Shown here piece after piece: positions 24,211 to 36,657 of a stretch of DNA of 64,000 nucleotides (positions are counted from its first letter, which is position 1; the number at the start of each line of letters is the position of its first letter). The DNA comes from Geosiphon pyriformis uo1. Lineage: Eukaryota > Fungi > Glomeromycota. A model generated the notes under the pieces. That model did not search any database and was not told the origin of the DNA. It saw nothing but the letters and a program-made list of their open reading frames with translations. Location of the stretch: NCBI GenBank assembly GCA_016748015.1, contig JAAOMT010000607.1, forward strand, positions 248,001 to 312,000. Direction: 5' to 3'. Position numbers and translations under genes: made by a program.

Positions 24211-27200
24211 GTGGTGACTATTGGAACAATAGAAAAGGACCACTCCTCATATGGAAAAGCACTATTTCAATATTTTCAAAAAGACTTAGGAATATCAGTA
24301 GAAACCACTTATGCAGAATGTGATTTTTGTAACTATATCAATGCAAAAATTGACTGCTTGTTAGGCCGCACAACTGATACAGGAAAACTTGGAGAACAAA
24401 TCTATCAAAGCTTACTAGGGTACTCAACAGCCATGACTACCTGAGCAATTGCTGAAACTCTGCACATAATCGATACAGACATTAAATATTACATGACACA
24501 ACGATTCCCTCAAGTACAACAACCAGTAGAATCCAATCCTAAGGAATACAAAAACGAATCCAACAACCCCATAACTGCTCAAGCCAAGTCCACAGTCAAC
24601 AAGAAACCAAGGGTCCTCTTCCCAACAACTTCATCATACCATCAGACATCCCAAAGTAGAATTGTATTCAATCCACCCCCAGAAACCCAGTTGGAAATAC
24701 CATGAACTCCTGGAAATCCACACCCTTGGAATCAACACAGTTGGACCAAATGACTAGAAGAATATGAATCACTGTTTGGAAATCTTACCCCAGCAGCCAG
24801 TCAAACAAAAGAAAACCCATTAACATGGGAACAGCTACCAGCACAAAACCTAGCAGAATCAGCATCTCCCCTGATGAAAAAAACAGCTATCTTACAATCT
24901 ATTAGTTCAAGCGACAAAAAAAAGCAACCAGCATTAGCACCTGGAGAACACTCAAATGCGCAGACACCAATCTCTTTAAACATAACCAGTAACATCTCAC
25001 CCATTAACCAGATCATGGCTTACTGGGATATCGCTAAATTGGAAAAATTCTCTGGTGAAAAAGATAATGCATATTCTTGGATTGCGAACGCTGAAAAAGC
25101 AATTACTGCTAATGGTTAGAACAATGACTGCACAGTTCAGGCACTGCCATTCTTTCTGACCAGAACTGCCAATTCGTGGTACCAGAGCCTGGCAGAGAAG
25201 CCTACCTCTTTTACCAAGTTTAAACTCGCATTTCTGCAATATTTCTGTGACCTCAATACATTAATCCGATTGCAGAATCAATTCAGCATAATTAAACAAA
25301 AAGATCACGAAGCAGTAACTACTTATCTTGGACAATTCAATCAAATCCTGCATCAAATATTAGCTATCGAAAGGGACTACTACACCATGGTGCAAGTTCT
25401 TAATCAATTTATTAAAGAATTGTGGAGTAGTATTCTAAGATCCATAAGACCCTGCCATCTGACCAGTTTACAAGACGCCGTCACTCTCGCTCGCAATTTT
25501 GAGTCTGCAGAACAAGAAGTGAACCATACCCAAGCCGTTAATTTAGCCATTAATGGAACCTCTGACATCGATGCAAAGATAACCCAATTGAGTAAGAAAC
25601 TAACTCAAAAAATTGAGGGATTCTTAGACAGAACTACAGGAACTTACCAACCACCCCAACAGAGAGAAAATAACAACAACAGCAGATACCCACAGCAACA
25701 GAACTGTCAGCAACAGCAACAACCTTGGAGATCTGATCCCCACAACTGCTACTACTGCCAAAAACCTGGACACATCGCCTGTGACTGCAAAAAGAAGATC
25801 ATGGACCAAAATCAAGGAAACCCATACCAGCAACTCAGATATTAGCAAAACATGGTATCCCAATATTCCATACCTCAGAATCAACCACCCCTATACACAC
25901 AACAAGTTCCATATACTTAACCACCACCCCAGAATTATTATCAACCACCACCAATGACACAAGTAATCCCTCACTATCAAACTTCTCCTTACAGCCCGTC
26001 CAGACTTTGAGCTATAGACTATAATCAAGAATGGAGAAATCCCAACAACAATTAGATGCAAACCAACAGTGGACCATTTTGACCAATTCCTCATAGTCCT
26101 GCCTAATCTTAACTAACACCAACTGGATACCCAAATCAAGCTTCCTATCTCGGTCTTATAGAAGACCAGGGTTTTGATAAATCTACACTTATGGAAAGGG
26201 GGGATATAGAACGAATCTCCCAACCTTCCAAGCAAACAAAAAGCAATATTCCACCAGCCACTATTATTGAAGACACCACCCTAGCTGTCATATTTCCTTT
26301 TGACATCAATAATTTGAACATACATAGCCTTTTTAGTGGAGCAGCCATCAATCAGATAAACTAATAACAGCCCTATACACTGATGTCAAAGTCGGAGGAA
26401 TAGACATTAAATTAATCCTGGATAGTAGATCAGCTGGTAGCAAAATCACGAAGCAGCTCATGAACCAATTAGGTTGCTGAGTAGACCATGCCATTACCGC
26501 CCGAATCATTACAGCGGATGGGAACACAAAAACCCTGATAGGAGAAATTGACAACTTTCCCTTCGAAATTAATGGAATCCAAATCCCTACCAAAGTACTC
26601 GTCATGGAAGCTACTCAATATTAAGCTCTAGTAGAAAACAACTGGTTGTCAAAAGCCAATGCTACTCTCAACTGGAACACCCAAGAACTTCAACTCATAT
26701 TCAATGGACAGCATGCCTGAGTTCCAGCTATGTGCAGACACTTTAAAAACCAACATACCAAAGAACCCTTTATTGAATTCGAAGACACATTAATACCACC
26801 AATCATCAAGACCTATCAGGTTTCATGAGTGGATGATTATTGAACTGAACTACCCCCACCATCAACCTAGAAAGAAAAAGGAAAAGACAGAGCCAAAGAA
26901 GAACCCCAATCGTTATCACTAAGATACGTAACCTCAAACCAAAGAAACTTATTTTACCAACCCCCAAGACTAATATGTGTTGATTGTGGAAAAAAACTAT
27001 CCACTATGGGCGCATGTATCGGGGACAATAAAGAATGGCCCACCACCACCAAATACTATTGCAGGCCTTGTTTACTGGAAAGATTTAAACAACCAAAATG
27101 ACAAGGCAAGTGGGACCACACGCCATGCCTCGCATGTGGCAAAATCCTGCCAGATGAAGAACTCTGGAATGATGTGCCTGGCAGAGGAGAAACATGTGAC

Positions 27201-29980
27201 AAGACTTGTCAATACATCATATTAATCAACAATTGGGTACGAAAGGGAACCCTCATCGAGGATGCTTGGAAACGAGCACTCAACAGGCTAGACAGTTATC
27301 TACACAATGATCACAAAATCTGGAGAATGGCAAGCGCCAAGGCCGAAGGCACCATGCCTGAAGAAATATGAAAAATTAAGGACAACCCTTGAACACCCGA
27401 ATATACTGGACCCAACTATCCCAAGGATGATTTCTTTACAGATGACCCAGATGCATTTCAGAACTGATATTAGGCATTGGCCCCAACTCACAAAGAACAG
27501 GAGCAAAGGTTGGCCAATTTAAATACCAAACTGTGCAATTACTGTTTGATCCTCTGTCACTTCCAGTACTATGACAAATGTGATCTCATGTTCAATCTGC
27601 TTTCAAGAATACTGTTTCCAATCACCAAATTACCTGAGCCTGAAGAAGAGATATTGATCACCAAGAACATGTTGTTTCAAGATCCAACTGAGGATACTAA
27701 AACAGAACAGTATCTCTCGTATCCCAACCTATTCAAAAAATTAAAGCTAAAATAGTACAGTAACAATGAGGAAGGAATCTGCCCCAAAAGAGTGTATGAC
27801 ACCGATGCTGGTTTCGACCTACAATACCCTAGACAATTACCCATCATTATAGTCTCACATTCCCTCGTAAAAATAGATCTTAAGATAGCGTTAGAAATTC
27901 CTGTTAGTACAATGGTACAAGTTGCCTTTCAATCTAGTCTAGCCAAGAAAAAAATCAATGTAAAAGGAGAAATTATCGATGCTGGTTACACAGGAAACAT
28001 CATCATGATGCTACAGAACAATTTGGACAGACCCTACAAAATAGAATCACAAGAAAAGATTGCCCAAGCTATCTTCCTACTCTTAATCAAAATACCCCAA
28101 TTAACTCCAGTAACAACTCGAGAAGAGTTAGGCCTCACTGCCTGAGGAATCAATAGGTTTGGATCAAGTAGAAGAGAAAACGTACCAGTTAATTTCATGG
28201 AGGAAGACAATAATCAGGTAGAATTTATCAACACCGACACTATCATCTCCATTCCTTTATACCGACAATACATTCTTAAGGTGAATCAAAAGATCCAAGA
28301 TCAAGCCCTGTTATTTGAAGCCAGTCCCAAAATCTGTTCCCTAGCTGATGTTGCTAATCTATACCTACCAGCCAAAGCCCATAAACACTTCAAAATTCCC
28401 ATCCACAACCCGACAAAAGATGTCATTAAAATTCCTGAAGGGACCCTCGTTGGTTCCATATCCACAGATATTCAGAATTCTGAAAAACCCCAGTCCATTC
28501 CAGATTTCATACAATTATTCTTATTCTGTGACATTATCTCACAAGTATAAAATTTGCCAAAAGAAAGTTACTTGTTCACACCAGAAGAGATTAATAAATT
28601 GAATTTAGGAAATTTAAGTACTTTGCAACAAATGCAACTCAAAGTTCTTCTGAATCAGTATGCCGATGTCTTTGCCAGCAAAAATGAGTTCGGACACACT
28701 GACATCATGAAGCATCAGATTGATACAGGAGACACTCGACTGATTAAGCAATGAGCTTATCATGTACTCCCATCTGGTGATAACCTAATTAAGCAAGAAG
28801 TGCAATGGATGCTTGATAATGGTCTAATCAAAGAATCGTTAAGCCCTTGGTCACCAAGAAAAACAGAAAAGTGCGATTCTGCATAAATTATCGAAAACTA
28901 AATAGCATCATGCAAGGAGATAGTTATCCCACTTCCCTCATCCAAGAAATTTTGGACAATCTAGAGAAAAAAAAATGGTTTTTATCATTAGATTTAGCAA
29001 GTGGTTACTGGCAAGTTGAAATGGACCCCAAAAACAAAAGAAAAACAGTATTTACCACTCGAGATAGAAACTTTGAGTTTAATATAATGCCTTTTGGACT
29101 TTGTAATGCTCCTGCCACGTTTTAATGCCTGATGGATGTAGTATACAAAAGAATCCTTTGGAAATCAGTAGTAGTCTACCTAGATAACACAAACGTATTC
29201 TCCAAAACATTCGATGACTATCTGCTCCACCTACAACAAGTCTTCGAATGTCTTCGTAGTGCTGGATTGAAACTCAATTCTGAGAAGTGCTTCTTTGGAA
29301 AAACCGAGTTAAAATTCCTAAGACATGTAATTGGCAAGGATGGAGTTAAACCCGATCCAGATAAAGTACAAAAAGTCAAGGATTTTCTAGCCCCAATCAA
29401 CCTCAGAAAATTACGAGGATTTCTAGGATTGTCAGAATATTATCATCAATTTGTCAAAGATTTCTTGAACATTGCAAAACCACTCCATCAATTGTTGTCC
29501 AAATATGTATCATACTTGTGGAAGGAAGATCAACAGAAAACATTCGACTATCTCAAGCAGTGATTGATCATATCTCCAATTCTAATTTATCCAGATTTTA
29601 CTAAATAGTTCATTATCACTACGGACGCCTTGAAAAATACTCTAAGAGCAGTCTTATCACAGATAGGACCAGACAATTGAGAACACCCAGTTGTCTACAC
29701 TAGTTGCAGCACTAACCCAGCAGAAAAAAATTACAGCACAACAGATTTGGAATGTCTCACTATTTATTGGGCTGTACAGACTTGGAAACATTACCTCAGT
29801 CAACCATTTGACTTATATAGTGACCACAAAGGACTTATTTGGTTACTCAACAATCCACAACTAGAAGGAAAATATGCGAGATGGAGTACTTATCTGCAAC
29901 AATTTCCACTTAAAGTCCATTATAAGGAAGGATCCAAGAACACCAATGCCGACAGTTTGTTGAGGATGCCACAAACCTAA
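24211..29980 (+). pseudogene. E6 gag-pol polyprotein (capsid, CCHC, protease, Cys-rich region, dUTPase, RT, RNase H)
   Basis: CYYCQKPGHIACDC; LILDSRSAG (aspartic protease); AGFDL / IIDAGYTG / KIAQAI; LDLASGYWQ, YLDN; NTNADSLLRMPQT-stop. Confidence 0.92.
27786..28170 (+). pseudogene. dUTPase domain within E6 pol
   Basis: All five dUTPase motifs are recognisable: DAGFDL, QSSLAKK, IIDAGYTG, EKIAQ, GINRFGSS. Confidence 0.88.
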
Positions 29981-29990
29981 TCCCAGACCT

Positions 29991-31356
29991 ATGGACACAC
30001 TCACTTATCAATGACTACATCAGTACCTATCAACACTATGTTTTAAGGAGATATTATCTCAACAGAAACAGAGTACCATACAAAAACAAGCCTGAAATTA
30101 TTTTATTCAAGACAATTAACTATATTGACAAGAATACCAAAACCACTCCAACCCACAATGACTAATCAAGGACAGTGAAAAAGAAACTATATTATATAGC
30201 ATGCACTCAAATCCAACTGCAGAACACTTTAACAAAGATACTACCCTCGAAAGAACACTAAACTTATACTATTGGCCAACAATATACAAAGACATTTTCG
30301 AATACATGCTCAATTGTGACACATGCCAGCGAAGAGAAGAAGCAAGATCAACAGAACCACTTCAACTCATTCCAGTTGAAAATTCATTTGATAAAATTGG
30401 GATCAATTTGGTTGGACTTTTTTCAATTACATCCTAAGGAAATTGCTATATTGCTGTAGCTGTAGACTATCTTACAAAATGGCCAAAAGAGAGCAATCCA
30501 AGTGGCCGACGCCAAAACAGTAGCTGAATTTGTGCATCAAGATCTAATTTGCTGACATAGATGTCCGAAAGAATTATTATCTGATCAGAAAACACATTTC
30601 ATTAATAATATGCTGACTGAATTAAGCCAATGGTTTGGAATAAAGAGACCCTTATCATCACCATACCACCCACAAATGAATGGACTGGTAGAATGATTTA
30701 ACAGAACACTGTGCAAAGCACTAGCAAAAATAAGTCATAAAAACAGACAAAAATAGGACTTATTCATACCTTCTGTACTCTTTGCATACTGAACATTGAA
30801 ACAAAATATGACTCAGTTCACACCATTCGGACTAGTCTATGGAAAAAAAACTACATTACCAATTGAACAAGTGATACTGTCATACCCAACAGAAACAATC
30901 AATGAAAAGAATTTTGAAGCTACCTTATACCAAAGAACGTACCAGCTAATGGAAACATTGGAAAACAATCGAAGAACAGCAGCTGACAATATTAGTCATG
31001 CTCAAGAACAACAAAAAGAAAGACATAATAAACACCTATCAGAACAACCAATGGAATTCAAGATTGGAGACCAAGTACTGCTATATTGTACAAAAGCTGA
31101 AAAACAGTGGAATGGAAAGTTCGACCCAAAGTGGGATGGTCTATTCCACATACATGAAGTGTTAAGAAATAGAGCTTACAAATTATAATTGGAAGACAGA
31201 ATTTTAAAGAAAGTAGCACATGGAAATCAATTAAAAATTTATCATGTAAAACAGGAATCATCATGATTAGTACCTCAACTAGAAACACAAATTTTATTAA
31301 TCAGACCAGAAGATATACCACGAGATCTGGAACCAATCATTGTCATCAAAATGTAG
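29991..31356 (+). pseudogene. E6 integrase (separate ORF)
   Basis: ATG 10 nt after the RNase H stop, in a different frame; HHCC, DDE core and WDGLF motifs; stop at 31354-31356. Confidence 0.88.
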
Positions 31357-31436
31357 ACAATGGGCAGCAAATTAAATTGGGGAATTCAAATATATATAGC
31401 ATCTGAAAAGCAGCAAGAAACAATAGAAATTTCAAC

Positions 31437-32171
31437 ATGGACCTTTCAGATCAAATTTTAAAATTATCTAAACAATTATTTGAAACAATTCAAAAATTGA
31501 CATCTCAAATAGAAATAACAATTGATAAAAAAGAGATATGATACAAAGATAAGAGCAGGAGAGGGGAGAATGAGAGTTCAATTAGAACTAAATGTTCCTT
31601 CTCCTACCCATTACCCGAAAGGCAATGTTGGAGGAAAAATTGCTTTCATGTGGGAGGTGAAAAAGAAGGAGACAAAGAATGAGAAAAAGGTTACAAAAGA
31701 AGATACTTGGTCTCCGAGCTCAAAGAAATAAAAGAAGCTTTAGCTCATGAGACTAAACTCTCTGAAACAGGAGAGTGGACACCTAACAACACCCAGAAAT
31801 GGAAAAAAAGACTTCCTCCAGCTTATTGGTTCTACAAAATTGGAGAACAGCTTGACTTAAAAACACCATATGAAAACCTCAGCCAGAAAATATTCAACAA
31901 AGAAGCAATACAACAAGTAGAAAAATTTGTAGGGAAAAACAACCTGACTCTATATTATAAAGCAGCATACTGACTATATGCCGCCTTTCAACATTGCCCA
32001 AATGTACTACTGAACGGATCTATGAAAACCATAATGGTTAACAACATAGGACGAATAACCAATCAACAGTTCAAAGACCTACAAAAGGCAATACTCGAGG
32101 CAACAATCAAACATTACATGAACAAAGCCACGATAACAGATACATACAGTTTCACAGGAGCTCAATTTTAA
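31437..32171 (+). pseudogene. E6 ORF3 (about 244 codons), unknown function
   Basis: MDLSDQILKLSKQLF...LPPAYWFYKIGEQL...FTGAQF-stop in one frame with a few nonsense codons; the stop overlaps the PPT. Confidence 0.78.
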
Positions 32172-32185
32172 AAAGAGAGGGATAA

Positions 32186-33290
32186 TGTTACCTAAGTAGA
32201 AAAACTGATCCAAAGTTATGAAGAAACATGACCAAAATGTGACATAACACAGAATAACACGCAATAACGTTGGATAATACGTTATAATGTAGGATAACGT
32301 GTTATAACACAGGATAATACAAAATAGTGCGCAATAACATAGGATAACATGTTATAATGCAGAATAATGTGTTATAATGCAGGATAACACAGAATAACAT
32401 GTAATAACATCAGATAATGTGTTATAACATAGAATAACTAGCAATAACATAAAAAAATGAAGCAATAACAGAAACAACAAAGCAATAGCTAGCGATAGCA
32501 AAACAATTGAAAGCAATCCTGTAAAACCAAAAGAATGTATAAAAGCAAGTAGTTGTAGAAGTGAAAAAAGACAGACAGATAGATACGAATCTCTAGACAA
32601 GAATTAAATATCCATACTCCTTCATTCTTTATTATCTTCCCTATTTCATTTTCTGAAATAAAACCAATTATTAAAAGAAATCAGAATTACAAATTCATGT
32701 TCTCGAACTTCGTGGAATTTACGTGAATTAACTCTTGTCTTGTATCTTTGTTCTAAGACAGATGCTTTTAGCATAACTACCTTGAACCTATTAATAATTT
32801 AGACCAATTGCTCTTGATCACAGCTATTGACAATACTAATTTATTTTTTCTCTCTTTTTTTTTCTTTTTTTTTTTTTTTTTTTTTTTTTTTTCTGTCTTA
32901 TTTTTGTGAAGTGGCAACATAGTAAAATTGACTGTCTGGGAATAAACTTCGTAATAGCCTGGTAAAAGAGGGAAGCTCTCCCTAAGTTTTGGATATTAAC
33001 ATTATCTTGTTAGCTTACCAGAAGGGCAAAAAAACAATGCCAGACCCTAATGACTGTACTCGTTAGCTTAGAAAAGAAAGCTCATATTTACAAAAAACAT
33101 TGCAATCGATGAAAGACAAACTCTGTGCCTTATAACCAAAGAACTCAATAGATAAATTCACATCCAGGAATAGACTTTCAGAGACTGATAATCAAGACTA
33201 AGCCAACAGAATTACAGGGAAGACGCATTATCAATAATTGAGAGCACCAAACGTTACCATTTCCCATATCCACCAAGTTTACCCATAACA
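32186..33290 (+). repeat. E6 LTR-C (3' LTR)
   Basis: Preceded by the PPT AAAAAGAGAGGGATAA; no PBS follows; the E5 LTR resumes after it. Confidence 0.92.
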
Positions 33291-36200
33291 TTGTATATTA
33301 ATTAATTAAGGATTAAGTGCTGAATTATTGATGTTATGGATAGCCTGGTAAAAGACCCAGAGATAAGAGTAAAATATTATATATATTAATGGATAGCTTA
33401 CCAGAAAGGCATGACTGCCAGAATAAACCAGCCATCACACTGAAGACAAAAATTGGGAAAACAACTCACCAACCAACCACATTGTCATTGAATCTCTGTT
33501 TATTATACAAAAGACTCAACCAAACTTTCAGACACAAAACCTTTAGATTACCAACAATATTATCAGTATATTAATTGAGTATCAAGTTATGGGTTTGTTA
33601 TTTATTCTAATATCAAAAATAATTATCTGTAACATTTGGTGCTTTCTGTAAGGTATAATCCTACAGAGAATCAGCACCAACAGCAATTATCCAAAAGTAA
33701 CAGAACCAGAAAGAATAGGAACAAATCATTTAAGATTCACGAAATTCTTATTTTAATACTACTGTTAATATTTGGAATTAACCAACAATCATTTGTTAAC
33801 AGAATCAGCCTTCAACTTCTACATCAACAAAAAAATTTCATATTTGTTAGGAGTACCAATAGAAACCAATACAGTAAGAGAAAACTTTTACAATGAATTA
33901 ATTCAAAACACTAGCCTATTAGCAAATTATAATTTTACAGCAATCCTTACTGAAATCAACAAAGAAATTGAAATTTACACTTAGCAAAGATACCCAATTA
34001 CTTATGCAAACAAAAACAAGGGTAAACTACAAACACCAGCAGTAACATCTTAAAGAATACAACCACCCACTTGAAAGAAAACAAGAGTTGAATTACTAAC
34101 TAATCTATCATACCACTACATACCCAGAAGTGTTATCAACATTACATCAACAGATACATCCACATCAAATATGACATCAACATTCAGATGACTCCTATTC
34201 CAAAGTAAACAAAAAAAAGCAGAATTATTAGGAACTTATAGCGAATATTTTAAGGGATTTAATTCACAATTGCCCATGCCATTAGGATTTTGATCACTAC
34301 CACTTCCACCAGATTTCAGAACCATGAGTTCTTAGGAGGTAATGAAATCTGAGGAAGAAGAAGATGAGGATTGAGAGTTTAACTATCAAAATCTGATCCC
34401 AAAAAATTTAGAAACACAAACTCTGATCATTTAAACTCAGCAAAATCAGAACAATCCAAACTCTAATAATATTAATCAACAAAATTAGAACAATCTAAAC
34501 CCCAACATTAATAACCAACAACACTTATCTTTGGCAATCATTATTAACCCACTAAAACAACTACTGCCACAACCTCAAATCCAGTTACCACTTCAATAAC
34601 AACAACAAAACTTAGATCCAATGGCCTACACTTCAATAGCAAGACTTAAGAAATTCATCAGTAAAAAGAATGATGTCCAAGTATGGCTCAATAACATGAA
34701 AAAAGCCATCATGGCTAATAGATGGAATAACACCAAAGCCATGCAAGTCATCTCATATTTTCTCCAAAATACTGCCAATTCATGGTACCAAAGCCTGGTC
34801 AACAAATCTCAAGATTTCAATGCATTTAAACTTAAGTTCTTGAGATATTTCAGTAATAATAACAGCATTAACAGGCTGGCAAACACTTTTACTACCATTA
34901 AACAAAGAGAAACTGAAGCAGTCACTACTTACTTAGAATGCTTCCACAAAAATCTGTGCCAGATCCAAGCCATTAACACCAATTATTTTACAGTGGCCCA
35001 AATTCTAAATCAGTTTATTCAGAGATTATGCAGTAACATCTTGCAATACATATGTCTAATGCATCTTGTCGATTTGCAAGCAGCCATTACAAATGCCAGA
35101 GATTTTGAAGCAGCTGAATTAGAAGCCAATCATGTCTAAGCAGTAAATCTAGTAATAAACAGATTATTTAACTTGGATTCCAAATTGAAGCAATTCAGTG
35201 AATCAAACAATCAGAAATTAGAGAAATACTTAGCTAACAACAATCAAGCAATCTATCAACCTTCATAGCAATGCAATAATCAGGGAAACTTTAATCATTT
35301 CCAAAATCAATCATGTCTATTATTATCAACCAATCAACAGTGGCAACAGAAAACACATGTTTGCCACTATTGTGGTAAACAAAAACACCTACAATTGACT
35401 GCCACCATTGCTTAAATAACCAATAATCAAGAAATCAATATCAAAACTCTGATTGCTGGTTTCAAACTCCAAATAACCCACCAAACTCAGAACCATATTA
35501 TCAGAATTACTTGCCAATAATACAGCAGCCAATTTATCAAACACCTGTATATTAATCTCCAATCTATTAACTGCAGCTACAAGTAATATATCAACTGCAA
35601 CCACTAGTAATTTATCAACCCCAACAACTTCAAACACTATTACCAAACCCAGCTCAGATAACATCAAAAAATTTCAGATCAAGAGTTACTCAAAACTGGA
35701 GATCAGTGATGGTTGTTCATTAACTGATTCCCAGTTCCTTTTACCATCCAACAGGATTACATTCTCAGAATTCGGAAACTGGGCACACCCAAAACCCAAA
35801 TTCCTAACACTATTTAAGTCTTCTGGTTATCTCAGAAGACATTCCATCCAATAACATTGTTATTCACAAAAGAAAAACAGATATAGAAAAATAATAGACC
35901 AATAAGAAATAGGAGTTAACATGTAAGCACATTGCTTAAGAAATCATAGCACATTGCTTGGAAATATGAACAATCTTATAAAACATAAATTTGGTATATA
36001 TAGTGGTAGCATTAGAAGAGAAAAAGACAGATCTCTCTATTTAGATTTAATCTAAGCAACCTTCTCCATCACAAATATTAATAAATAACTATTTGTTATC
36101 TCAATCTATTCTCCACTATCAACATTTCATGTTGATAGTAATTGATACTTAATTACACTGGAACAATTGCTCTTTATCATGACTATTGACGGAATACTAA

Positions 36201-36657
36201 CTTGCAAATTATTTAGCTTATTTTTTTAATTTTTTTAATTTTTTTTCTTTATTTTCTTTTTTTTTTGATATTTTGTTATTATGTATTAATTGATTAAAAA
36301 TAAAGTGCCAAATTACTAATATCAAGGATTGCCTGGTAAAAAACCTCTACAAATAGGTAGAACATGTAAAAAAATTACAGATTACTTATCAAAAGATTGC
36401 TGGTTATCAAGTTGAAAAAAGAAATTAACAGAATTGCGATTCTGAGAAGCTATAGATAACAACACTATTGAATCTTTGTTCATTATACAAAGAACTTAAT
36501 CAAAACCTTCAGATTATTATCAATGCAAATAGCTTTTAAGCACCAAGTTACTGGTTTGTTATTTGACTTGAAACCCCAAATAATTACTTGTAACATTTAA
36601 TGCTTTCTGTAAGGTATAATCCTACAGAAAACCAGCACCAACAATAATTATCCAAAA

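Larger units (their letters stand above)
20994..33290 (+). mobile_element. E6: three-LTR composite Gypsy element; retains the most CpG and looks youngest
   Basis: LTRs at 20994-22101, 23063-24148 and 32186-33290; TSD TCGT/TTGT at 20990-20993 and 33291-33294. Confidence 0.93.
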
